DNA of 64,000 bases from Nageia nagi. Its lineage: Eukaryota > Plantae > Pinophyta. Below are positions 26,721 through 38,637 of this stretch, piece by piece; the first letter of the stretch is position 1, and each line of letters begins with the position of its first letter. The DNA lies in assembly GCA_050084985.1 (NCBI GenBank), contig JBITNC010000001.1, positions 124,992,001-125,056,000 of the forward strand. The letters run 5' to 3'. The notes under the pieces are model-generated. The model worked only from the letters and a program-made list of their open reading frames with translations, did not search any database and had not been told where the DNA came from. Both the position numbers and the translations under genes were made by a program.

Positions 26721-29248
26721 AAATTGCATTTGTATTGTACCAATAAATAATCTCATATTTCTTTGGGTAATTGAAACTATATCTACCCCAAAAGAGTGGC
26801 ATCCCCCTCTGTTAAGGCTTAGAGGCTTGCTTAATAGTTATTGAACAATAACAACTACCTTTAAGGTTTATCCCACAAGCTTTCCATCAACATACGCATC
26901 AAGCTTAGCCTTTTTAGGGGCACTTTCTCCCCCTTGACCTAACAATTTGCCATCCAGATGTTAGCCATCATTGACATCCTTAAGGGTTTCATATGTAGAT
27001 TCTTTAAGAATGGTTTGAGATTGCTACCAATCTAAAACCCTTACCAATACCCAAATTTCCTCTCTTGATAACTAGAAGAAGCCTACTTTTGTTAGCCTCT
27101 TGTAGATCTCCCTCTTTGCCTTCATGAACTGCTCCTCGTCTTACTCTTATCATTCATCATCAATATCCCATATGCTCTCCACCTTAACTGCTCTTGCTCT
27201 ATTCTACATCTTCTCCTCTTACCCTTACATCAAAGGTTTATCATCCCATGTATTGATTCACCTTATTATCTCCCCTTTACTACGTGGCATCATTTTAGTA
27301 TTTATATCTAATTCATGTCTTAATGAGTTGTGATGAATCATCAATTCTTTTGATGATTTACAAATTAATAATATTTAAAGTATTTATTATTATTTCTTGA
27401 TGATTCATTATTATTTTTTAAGTGTGGTGATCTTTAACAATTTGATTAGTCAATAAGAGTTATTTTAGAATTCTCTCTTACTAACACGTACTTTGAGTCG
27501 GAATCTACTAATTTCAAAATCTTTATATTTCATAAAGTTTTCACAATAAATCCATGCTTGCTACAACATACATACCTTTCTACTATAAACTTTTTCTTAA
27601 GGGAATAAAACTTTAATAATATGGAGTTATTAAAATCAATATTACCATTGCATACCTATTTGTTCAAAATTGAAATTAGAGATGAAGATATAATAGGAGA
27701 AAAAATGAGTAATCAGTACTTATAATCAAACTCTTTTACATTAGTTCTATGGAATTATAACTTGAAATGCTTGTAGTAAAAAAATAGTGTGAGAATAAGG
27801 AGATACGAGGAAACTATATCATGAAAACCTGAACATCTTAAAGTATGTTGCATTCTATTGAAATTGATTCAATGGAAAGACCCATTAAAGAATGCAATGC
27901 ATTATATATTTATTATTTTGAATAACTTTGTAATCATATACTTTTGAAAAGTGGAACAAAAATTAAACAATTATACGATATGGTCATTCCTTCCATAAAA
28001 TGTATATATATTATTATTTACTTGTTTATGCAAAAAATATTAAAGGGAGCATGATAAAGTATCATGAACATACACATTTGTACATTTACAATGATTAATA
28101 ACAATACAAAAATATTACAAAATGATATGCATTAATAAGTTATGAATTGTATTGATGTTTATTGTGCATGATGGAAGTTTAGTCTAATCATTGCTTTGTG
28201 TTAAGATGATAGACACTAATTATTATGCATATGGCTGTGTGCAAAAAATCAAAATAGAAAAAGTATATTTGTGTATGTGTCATAATATATGCACATATAT
28301 TTAATGAATAATAAAATAGTACAAATCACTAATTTATGTATTGTGAGATATTTCAATCACGAATCGTGAGGAAATGAATTGTTATTTGATCATAATACGA
28401 AATATGATGAGAAGAATCAACTCTATGAACCCTTAATGATGTTAGGACAAAGTTATTATTTATTCATATACATGGAAAACAAGAACATACAATATCATAT
28501 GACAAACATATCCATCATTGGTATATTATATTTATATGCATATGGAGTCATATATTAGCTAGAAATTTATTCACGGCTTCTATTATAATGGATAAATTAA
28601 GGAATATTAAGAAATGTGACAAAATTGTCTTAATCCCATCAAACCCATTCCTATTTTTCTGTCTCTTTCATGTACTTCTAAAACATAAAGCAAGATTAAA
28701 ACAATTGGAAAAAGTTATATTATAACTATTATGAGTAATTTTGAAAAAAATACCTTCCATCATATTATCAAGCTAAAAACAACCCATATAAGAAATAATT
28801 ATCCATTAAAAACAAATCAATCTAAAGAAAGGAATAAATTACCTCATAAAAAAATGATAGATAAAATTAAAATATCCATATAAAAATGTTAATAAGTATG
28901 TAAAATATCTCATCCCCTCAAACAAATGACCATAATTAAAAATCCATTAGGAAGTGACCAAAATTTGAGAGAACACATACCCTTACACAGCAGGGGAAAA
29001 CACAGGTATCGCTATTTTAGATGTCTACACCTTTTAACGTAGTGTCTAAAACACTGGCACAGAAGACGAGCAACCGTAACATGGCACGCTCTTGTGGCGG
29101 GAAGAACGTACAATGAAGTCCCCTCAGACAAGGCCTTCCTCTTCCGTCTAAGTATCTACAAATACAATCAAACAGCCTTTGTTTATAGCACCGCTAGCTT
29201 CATTCCATCCGATTCCTTCGACCCAATTGCTTGCCTGTGCCTCTGTTC

Positions 29249-29457
29249 ATGGCCGCTTGGCTCACAACTCAATCCTTGTTCTGGAGCTTCTCCCCCAAAC
29301 TGAGAGCGCTTGTTAAAGATAGAATGCTACTAAACTCATCTAGCAACCCACGAAATGCTTCCCTTAAATTTAGAGCTCACTTTGTTCCTCAAGTGCAGAG
29401 GTTCTGCTTCCTCTGCTACCGCCAACAACAGAACAAGAGGATTCTTTACAATTTCGA
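29249..29457 (+). CDS. MSH1: MSH1 exon 1 (putative organellar transit peptide)
   Basis: ATG at 29249 opens MAAWLTTQSLFWSFSPKLR.., which is Ser/Arg/Leu-rich and acid-poor. Donor GA|GTAAGT is phase 2 and joins exon 2 in frame (GA+T = Asp). This exon is assigned by splice phase and composition rather than by homology. Confidence 0.8.
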
Positions 29458-30850
29458 GTAAGTACACTGTTTTACTTCTATTTCTAAGAGTTTTAAATTT
29501 GTTTTGCTACTTATATATATACACATAACAACTACAAAGAACTGTTTTACTTTAGGTTTTGTAGATAGTTTAAGGTTATTGTAGTTCAAATAATTTTGGG
29601 AAACGTTCTCGTGTAATATACCCTAGTTCTGCATTTACTTAAACAACGAATACGTTCGGGAAACTTTGTTGTGTAATGGATGGCGTTTTTGACAACGGTA
29701 GGCCAATATTCACAGGTTTTGAAGATGTATGAGCTTGGTGGGTTTTGTCAAACATTAAGTCTAAATGCTATATATATTTGCAATTTTGATTAGGCAAGGT
29801 AATGGTGAAATAATCTTACATTAACATCTAATATAGGTTAGATGGGATGCAGTTTTATTGGTAAACAATGTAAGCATGTCATATTGAGTTGTATAAGCCA
29901 GGTTAAGAAATGTGTGATATCCCTGAATTCCCCTCTTAGAAATTTGAGAGGGAAAATCACAGAGGAAGCAGGGTGCGATGGATACTCCACGGGAAAGCTC
30001 CGTCTGCTTAAGCCTGATTGCAAGGAACTTTAACAAATATCGGGGTAAAAGGTGACTCGCTAGCACATCTGATATAAAATATTTGAGTGTATACATTTTT
30101 TGTCGTACAGGTAACTCTGATATATGTTTTAAGCACAAATTAAGTAAAAACTGTGATTATTGTTGGAGCTCAAAAGACGCATATTATTTAGAAGATTTTA
30201 AATACTTTCCATGATGTCAATGCCTCTTTCTATTGGGTATAAGTTTCCATCATTATGGAAAATTTTGAAAGATGGACATAATAAAAGAAAATGCAGTGCA
30301 TGGACCATCTAAAGGAGCACATGAAACTGGTTCCTAAAGACTATCTTAAGAAATTTTGTTTCGTAGATGATTCCGAAACCATAGAAACAATCCAATATCT
30401 ATACATAGGGCCATAAAAGAACTAAAATGAAATTCGAGATTTCTATAAAGAATCCAATGAAAGAGCAGACATCAAAATCTGGATTCAAATCTCATTTGGA
30501 GCTGATTGTTAACAAATTTTTGAGCAACATGACGATGATAGTATTTCTGGTCGTAAAAGAAGTCTGAGTATTGAATTCTTTTACTAGAATTCAAATAGAT
30601 AAAGAATCTAATCTATGCATCTTGCTAAAATTATGCCCCTGATATCATAAATTCAGAAGGGTCAGTTAAAGCAAACTAGCTTACTTTTTGATTTTTAACA
30701 AATAATAGTAGAACAGAAAAACACAACCAGCACAATTTTCATTGGCCATTGCATTCAAGTTGTTTCAGTATTTCTTTGCTTACTCACTCCCAAAGTATAT
30801 GCAATGGAGGGATTTTCTTTAGTAAAAAATGTTATCTCAAGAAATTATTA

Positions 30851-30893
30851 AATTTTATGGGCAAAGAGTTGCAATAATTTCTAGAAAAAACGT
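30851..30893 (+). repeat. Left arm of a 43-bp inverted repeat flanking rep
   Basis: AATTTTATGGGCAAAGAGTTGCAATAATTTCTAGAAAAAACGT; its reverse complement matches 31846-31888 at 42 of 43 positions. Confidence 0.95.
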
Positions 30894-31665
30894 CCTGCTC
30901 AGCTGGAAGATAAAGGCTCCCATAACATCTCTCAAATAACTGGCCATAAATGTCCTTCCCTTATTCCCTCCCAGACTCCAATACCAGTGTACTGTCTTTC
31001 GGTCAGGCTCCTCATTACATATTCTAACGAGGTCATTTTGCTAGTCTAGAAGATTTGCATCTGGCATCAATCTCAAATGTGCATCAGAACGAATGCTCCA
31101 CGAGTGTTCATGCATAAATCGTGGATATTTCGCCATCACTTATGAATGCTCTTTGAGCAACTCTTTCTTTGTCATTCCAGCTCTGACAGCATCTTTAGCT
31201 TGATCTAAATCCAACCTCATTCCACTACCCACCCACACGCCATACTCCCATGGTCCTTCAATTCTTGTTTGATGCTTCATGCAATAATCTCTACTCTTGT
31301 TTGGGAATTTTGTTTGATGCTTCATGCAATAATCTCTAATCTTGTTTGGGAATTTTGCTGCTTCGATATGACAGTGTGGCAAAAACCATTTAACTGTTAT
31401 AAAACTAACTTGATTTTTGAACTGCACGAACCTTTTGCAAATGCACTGTTCCATTGTCACCCCTTTCCCTTTGCCATACAACATACTTCACACTATTCGG
31501 AATATCAATATCATTACTCAGAGGGTTGTTCCATGTGAAACAAATGCTTCTTACTCTTGCAGGCCTTTCTCTCCTATCTTGACCTTCCTCTTTTCCATCA
31601 ACATCGTTCTCATTCGAACGTCTGCTACTTCTCTTTGATGGACCTACTCCTCCACTCTGCATCAT
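30894..31665 (-). pseudogene. Endogenous CRESS-DNA virus Rep (HUH endonuclease plus the start of the SF3 helicase), nanovirus/alphasatellite-like, decayed and 3'-truncated
   Basis: Motif I CFTWNNP (31522-31542); motif II VHLQ/xFVQF with a frameshift near 31434; CHIEAAK; motif III YCMK (twice); TRIEGPWEYG. After stops at 31140-31142 and 31041-31043 comes EPDRKTVHWYWSLGGNKGRTFMASYL (Walker A near 30951-30971). The sequence ends before Walker B. Confidence 0.9.
31266..31355 (-). repeat. In-frame 45-bp tandem duplication within rep (motif III)
   Basis: Units start at 31266 and 31311 and differ at one base; they encode KFPNK(I/S)RDYCMKHQT twice. Confidence 0.95.
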
Positions 31666-31726
31666 GCTTTCAGCACTTAACTCATTTGCAACACAAAAGC
31701 TCTCCAAAAACTACACATGAAATTGG

Positions 31727-31775
31727 AAAGGGTATCCTAAACTATAGAGCTCAATAAAGGGTATCCTAAACTATA
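31727..31775. promoter_or_regulatory. Two perfect 20-bp direct repeats upstream of rep (iteron-like)
   Basis: AAAGGGTATCCTAAACTATA at 31727-31746 and 31756-31775. The repeat is seen directly; the function is inferred. Confidence 0.55.
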
Positions 31776-31845
31776 AACATTTTTCGGCTTAGACGATCCT
31801 TTTTGAGGGGCTGAAGAGTATGGGCAGGTGCCTCGGAGGTGGTTT

Positions 31846-31888
31846 ACGTTTTTTCTAGAAATTATTGTAACTCTTTGCCCATAAAATT
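31846..31888 (-). repeat. Right arm of the 43-bp inverted repeat flanking rep
   Basis: ACGTTTTTTCTAGAAATTATTGTAACTCTTTGCCCATAAAATT on the + strand. Confidence 0.95.
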
Positions 31889-33208
31889 CACGAGTTTATT
31901 GCAACATGTCTCTAGTTTCCAAAAATTTTAAATTTTTTATGTCCTAGAGTATGGAATTACTTGCTTTTTGTACCCAGTTTATGTTCTTCAAAATCGCACA
32001 TGGATATCAAATTTGCAGCTCAAACAATATATATGCAGGCAGATTTATTTTCTGATGTTCTGTTTCATCTATTTTCAATTTACAGTACATGGAATTTGTA
32101 TGTAAATTTCAAAAAGAGCAAGTATGAATTCCTTCATGCAAAAAAACAATCTAGAGTTTTACATGTCCTCGTGTCACAGATTTGTAGATTGTGCAAGTTG
32201 TAGTTTATTTATTTATTTTCAATTAGTATAGGATTTTACAAATTTCTGAATTCCAAAACCCAAAGTACATGCTTTAAATTTAGTGTTTCACAGTGATAAA
32301 GGAATAATATCCATTTGAAATAGATTATAAGTTATATAAACTTAGTGTTTCGCAGTGTTAAGGAATAATATCTGTTTGAAATAGATTATAAGTTATCTAT
32401 TATCGCTATTCTTGATAGAGATGTCTGGCTGCTTTTTGGTGTCTCTGTCATGGTCTTGTATCCTCAGATCTTCATCAGTTATTGATGTTAAAGTTTTTCA
32501 AATCTGCACTTCCCTTTTAGCTGTCAAAATAGCCTGAGGACTTAATGCATGAGTTCACTCTTGTAAGGGTTTTTCCTTTTTCTCTAGCCTTATCTGAATA
32601 TGGAAGTTTGCTGGACTTTTTTGTACTTTCATACATGCATGTTAAACTTCCTGTTCTGAATTGCTTTCACAAATTTGTCAAGTACATTTTGTATCTAATT
32701 TGAGCTCACATATCTCCATGCACAGCGACAGTTATGTCTTTCCCGTTTCAATCTTCATCATAAATCTTAAATATGCATCAATTTCTGGGGCTTGGTGCTA
32801 TGTAGTTCAAATTGTGGTTTATGGTGGCTCTGATACAAGAAAGTTTGGGGCTTGGTGCTTGTGTACTTTGTTGGTAACCACTTTTTTATAAACACTATAC
32901 AACGTTAATTTGCATAATGTGAAACTTCTTTACACACAATATTAATATCAAATTTTAATACATCTAATTGTTTAATATGGATATCAGTGAACTTCAATTT
33001 TGGAATGTCCAGTACATATGTAAAAACTAAAAATATACAGTTAGAAATTTATCACATTACATTGAGGAATCACTTAACCCATAACCGACATCTGAGATAG
33101 TACTGCAACCGACATCTAAGATAGTATTGCTTCAATTTTATTTGCTTTAGAAGAATATTGCTACAAGATTAACTTGTCCCTGAATTTTGAACTTTGGTTG
33201 TTTTGCAG

Positions 33209-33335
33209 TAAGCAAGGAATCAGAACTCTCTTTGTCAGGGTAAAAAATTCTTCCAAAGACACAGGAGAGAAAAGTATAAAATTTAAGGATATTTTGAATG
33301 AAGAAGACTATGCACATATAGTATGGTGGGGAGAG
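33209..33335 (+). CDS. MSH1: MSH1 exon 2
   Basis: Acceptor ttttgcag. KQGIRTLFVRVK..DILNEEDYAHIVWWGE resembles plant MSH1 DVL..KD.SH..WWKE as I recall it. Donor GAG|GTTTGT. Confidence 0.9.
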
Positions 33336-33491
33336 GTTTGTGGATTACTTAGATTCAACTGTGATAATTTATGTGGAATTTAAGGAAAAATCAAGGAATT
33401 AGGATCTGGTACATTGGGCATTTCAATCTCTTCATGTGGCTTTAGTTCCTTTTTGTTAACTGCAAGACTGAAACAAGTTTGTTTCAAACAG

Positions 33492-33589
33492 AAAATGCAG
33501 TTATGCAAGAAACCTGCCACAAAACTATTAGTGCAGAGGTTGGTCTACTCTAATTTGATGGGTTTGGATGAGAACCTAAAAAATGGAAG
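33492..33589 (+). CDS. MSH1: MSH1 exon 3
   Basis: Acceptor aaacag. KMQLCKKPATKLLVQRLVYSNLMGLDENLKNG matches MSH1 CKKPST.QL..RL.Y.NLLGLD..L.NG. Donor AG|GTATGA, phase 2. Confidence 0.95.
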
Positions 33590-36500
33590 GTATGAATATT
33601 GCCTGGTTCATATGGTTGTGTGACTTATATGAAATGCAGTAGCTAAACATGTCATATTTAAATTTTGAGAAAGAGCTTTTGTTGAGTATCAATCTTTTAG
33701 AAACAAACGAAAAGCAATCAGGTTGGGCATGGTGCAAGTTCCAAGCTTGATGGTGCATTTCTCTGTTTAGTGGATGATAGTGCGTGTTACTGTTTACGTG
33801 ATAGAAAAGGTCTATTGCATTATGTTTGCTTTTTGTGGTGAATTTGTCAGATTTGTGAAACATATAATAAAGCATTTCTAGCTTGCAAGAACCCTACAGT
33901 TCTTTGAATCTTTTGTATGACAAGTTACAAAAATTGTATAATTCATGATTATCACTCATGAGATGAGGAGATCTGATATGCCATAATTTGTTGTGTGGTT
34001 GTACATTCACCTTTATATGTAACTTGGATAAGTTATGATATTATAATTGTGTGCTTTATTTTAACAGCATGGTAATTGCTTTTTCTAGACAACATCATGC
34101 ACATCAATTATGAATGCTTTGGTAATGGGAAATAGTCTAAGCTGACAATATGATAAGCTCTTTCACTGGAAAATATGATTATAATTTGGATTTGCATTAT
34201 ATACAATACTTTTAACATGTTGCATGCCTTTCTTAAAACATAATATCGCAATAAGCTTGATCATTATTTTGGTCATCATCATCTATAGTGGGCTTCCTTT
34301 CATCTTGTACATTTATACATTCACTTCTCCTGTGCCAACGTACTGAGCACAACCTCAAGAATACGAGCACGGGTCTTTTGTGCTGCATGTACTCAATGTA
34401 GACCACATCACATCCTGATGGATTTTAAAGGTCCAGGTAAACCTTAGAGTAGAGCTCCAAAGAACAAGGAGATGAACCTTGGTGTGGAATTTGGTTATAG
34501 GTAGTGTACACACATATTGTCGTAAGTTTGATCCACTCTTCAATTTCTACCATGGGACACCTAGATGCCCAAGAACGGGTAGGAATGTAGCCTTTGCTTA
34601 TTGTGTGAGCACCCCTTGGGACAATGTTTTAGGTTAAACCTCAAGATTGAGTGGAAGTAGAACATGGTTATAGCCGTATAGGCTTGGTTTTATTGCAAGG
34701 TATGGTGTGCATGCACATTCTAAAAGTTTAACCCTACTCTGTGGTTTTCTCACCTTCGCTATTCCACAGTAACATTTCAGCAAATTAGTATTATAAAATA
34801 TCAAATATGCATATGGTGCATGCTCGAAAACTACTGGCAACTGTTTTTAATGCTAAAGTAGCATTAAAAAAGCATCTACAATCTTTTTGATGCTATTTTT
34901 GGCTATAATTTGATTCAAGTTTTTATAATAAAACACAAAAAAATTAACTGCAGAACATTCAGGATAATAAACAAAGTAGCTAAGATGTTGATAGTGATTC
35001 CAGTAAATGTATCAAATCGCACCATTTTAGGATGTTCCAACCAAAACAAGCTGGTGTCTGCTGCAGTCATAAGACTGACGCTTCATTTATACAGTTCTGA
35101 AGACATTCATGCATTTTTAGTGAAGAGGCCGGGGTCGTGGGGAGACTACACTCTATAAGATAGAGCTGAACATACTTGTTATTATCTTTGTTTATTAACA
35201 GGATATCTTTATAATAATTGAGCGCTTCCTTACTTGTATATTACAACATTGATAATGTTGCCGAGGAATTGGTAGAAGGTTACTATTGTTAATCTTTGAA
35301 TAATCTTTTTGAGCCTTGTAGCACAGGTTGTGTACTTGTAGTTCAGTCATCGCAGAGTCTTGTGGCAGCATGCGTCCTCATCATGACAACTTCTGAAGGA
35401 GCCTGCATTCTGGTCACTATATCTCGTAGCACCTGTGTCCATTGAGTTTCTTCCCTGCTCATGACTTCACTTGCATGTTATGACTATGAGTTGCAACTTG
35501 GTCTATGGTTTATGATAAGGCCTCAAGCCATTCACTTATAATTATTTGGTACCTCTAGAGATTTAAATTTTAAACCTTGTGTGGCTCTTATCATCCATAT
35601 ATTTTAATAGTTCAACTAGAGACTTATTTGTAGAGAAAAATATAGTTACCATTTACTTGAGCCATTTCAATATAATTGAAGGGCCTTTTATTTTTTATTT
35701 TTTTTGATAATAAGGGTAAATACATTATGAAAAATGTGCAGGTCTTAGCAGGATCCCAAAACCTGTCAAAAAGATGGACAAAGGTTTTGCCATTCAAGAT
35801 TTTCTTTGCTGAAAGATAAAAGCAACTTTGGTTGAGATATTGGATCTTTTTAAGAGTTAGCTATAGACATAGGCACCATGCATTGGCAAACATGGTGGAT
35901 TGCAAGGTCTTATGATAAAAAATTACAAAATCTCAACATGTAAATGGAATATGAGTATGTCAGAGATTTTGTCTGAAGGAAGAGCTCACGAAATATGATT
36001 AAAATTACCCTCCACTTGCATTCAGAATACCCAAGGAGAGGCTGCTTCACTTTATATTTGTATAATATAGGCAACAGCTCTCTAATGCATATTGCCTGAG
36101 AAAGTGCTTTTTATTCTTTACAGTGCTTTTTATTCTTTGCAAGAAAATATTGAGAACATTATCCTTGATTTCCATTGAGGAATAAAATTAAAAGCCCATA
36201 TTTCATGAGTGTTGTTTTTTCCAAACCCCACAAGAGCTCATCATAGAAATCCTGTGCCAACAGTATGGAATGTTTTCTGTGTTGTAATTGTATGGTGAAT
36301 TTTTCGGATCCATTTTTGTTGTTTCCATTCATTGGATGGTCCATTTATGTTCAATTGTGTGTATTTCTGGACTGGGGGAGATTTGGAGTTTATAACCCTT
36401 TAACTTTAAGTATGGAAAATCTCACTTTTGGAGTTTACTGTCAAATTGACATCTGTGTTTGGTATTTGGACATCTGACTTTGTAAAATACATAGCATACA

Positions 36501-37793
36501 CCTATACGAGAGCATAATTTTCTTAGGGTTAATTGCAATTTATAAACAATAAAACACTTAAAAAAGTGTTATGACAAAGTGTGCCATGTGTACGACAGCT
36601 CACAGATCACTTGCCCTGATCTCTGTATTGGCCTTCCTTCAGCCTTAAATCTTTGCTGTTTTGCCTGCCTTTGGTACACAAACGTTAGCTCATACGTTAT
36701 AAAGTTCACCTTACATACATAAGCTTGAGTCTTTTGCAATTGCTCATGCATATGGCACAAGCTGTCTTATTTATCAGTTTCATGATAAGCATATATTAAA
36801 GTTGACGGTTTGAACATGATTTGTATATTGCCATTACATTTTTGTTTGTGTACATTGATTTTGCTTCATTGATATGTCAGAAACAATATGTCAGTGATAG
36901 CTGAGTATGTTCTGATGATTTTTTTGATTAATAGGGTACATTTTATTAATAAAAAAAAGTTGGAGTTTTAAAGGATCTCCAAGACCTTTATATTAGGATG
37001 TGCTCCTTGATATCAATAAACTGTATAAAACATATTTAGGGTACAAAAAAAGTATTTGTGTATCTTCAGTATAGTGCTGCAGTTCCAACCTGCCATTATA
37101 GAGGAAAGTTAAGCATTTCCACTTCCTATTTGGCTATGCTTGCGCGGCAGGATTAGTCTATCTCCTATTCTCTCAAAGGTAGATGATGTCCTCCTTCCCA
37201 AATTTGAAGGCTTTATCCATATAATTGTTTTTGAAAAATTTGGTATATACTTATTCATTATGGTACTCAATGCCGAGTCTGGTGGAATATCCCCAAAGAG
37301 CCAGCTCTTTTGTTCTTTCATTTTTATTGCTTCTGCCAGCATCTTGTTGTGAATCCAACTGTCCTTTGGCATCAATACTGGGATCACTTTCAGTCTTCTC
37401 CTACCTTCCATTGGTATCACAAACATTTCCAGTGGTTCTTTCACTGCTATCTTCTTCTTCTTTTTTACTTTAACTTGGTCATTATTGCTTTTTGATGGTT
37501 CTGTCTGTCCTTTCTTCTTGCGTTTTTTAGTCTTGAAATTTGCTGGCTGTTCCTGATGTTCAAGATCAATTACCACTGGTGGTTGCTGTTGAAGATTAGG
37601 CCTTTGTTGTTGTTGACATTCCTTATGTTTCTTCCCCCTTGCCCTTGCTGATACTGGGTGCTTCTGCTGTGCTTCATTCTTTTTTCTCTTTGTGTTGCTT
37701 CTGCTGTTCTTTGTACAACATTTTCATTTACTTCTGGTTTCTGCTTTTGTTGTTTTGGTTCATTGTTGTTGTGTGTTCTATTGCCTTTCTTCC

Positions 37794-38637
37794 CCCACAC
37801 ATTTGCTATTATGACCTCTAGCTTCCTTCCATCTCTTACCTTAGTCTTTGTCCTATTGATTTTAGATGTATTCTTTGATGAATTTGCCTCCTCTTTATTT
37901 ACAGTTCTGTCAATTTGCTCTTCATTTTGTCTTTGTGTTCGTCTGGTCTCTTCCCTTTTCTTTCCTTCTCCCTGATGCATGCGTTGCCGGGGCCGTAACT
38001 TTTGATCTGGATGTCGTTTTGCTCCGAATTTTGGACTGTGGCCTCGTGAAGATTTTTGCGATATGGTAGTTCGCTAGAACTGCCATACCCAAAAAATGAT
38101 ATTTTTAAGACCTGATTCATCCATCTAAGGTCCTAAAAATAGGCTTTTTTAAGAGCACTCCCGATTTTTAGGCTTTTTTGCATGTTACGGCTTTAATAAC
38201 TCTTGTTTTTCTTTTAGTTAAGTGCTGGTATTGTAGATAATGCTTAATTACTGTAAGAGGGATGCGCATGCAAATTTTGGGCGCAATCTGACTCATTTTG
38301 GTTTTTTAGCTTTTTTTATTGCTATTTAAAAGGATTGTATTCTCTTGGAGAAGCAGTGTGGATTCAGGAATAAGAAGAGTATTTGGTCTAGATTTCTTCT
38401 GTATATTCTGTGATTGGATTTCAATTTCTGTTTTCCTTTTACAGCTGAATTCACATCACCCACACATTTGCTATTATGACCTCTAGCTTCCTTCCATCTC
38501 TTACCTTAGTCTTTGTCCTATTGATTTTAGATGTATTCTTTGATGAATTTGCCTCCTCTTTATTTACAGTTCTGTCAATTTGCTCTTCATTTTGTCTTTG
38601 TGTTCGTCTGGTCTCTTCCCTTTTCTTTCCTTCTCCC
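37794..38637. repeat. 179-bp direct repeats (37794-37972 and 38459-38637) directly abutting the solo LTR
   Basis: cccacacatttgctattatgacc...ctttccttctccc appears identical on both sides by eye. Confidence 0.93.
37973..38458 (+). mobile_element. Solo LTR (486 bp)
   Basis: TGATG...CATCA inverted termini, CpG-rich 5' part, and a TATA-like CTATTTAAAAGG near 38322. Confidence 0.8.

Noticed and set aside
29017-29050. Promoter hairpin as a regulatory element
   Set aside because: Short and imperfect; expected by chance in AT-rich DNA.
29094-29303. Separate upstream ORF
   Set aside because: GTG start and no recognisable motif; it overlaps the likely MSH1 5' UTR.
30851-31888. Helitron or canonical Replitron
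   Set aside because: No Pif1 helicase or Helitron termini are evident. The protein has a viral SF3-type Walker A region, and the flanks are long inverted rather than short direct repeats. Phylogeny is still needed to exclude this fully.
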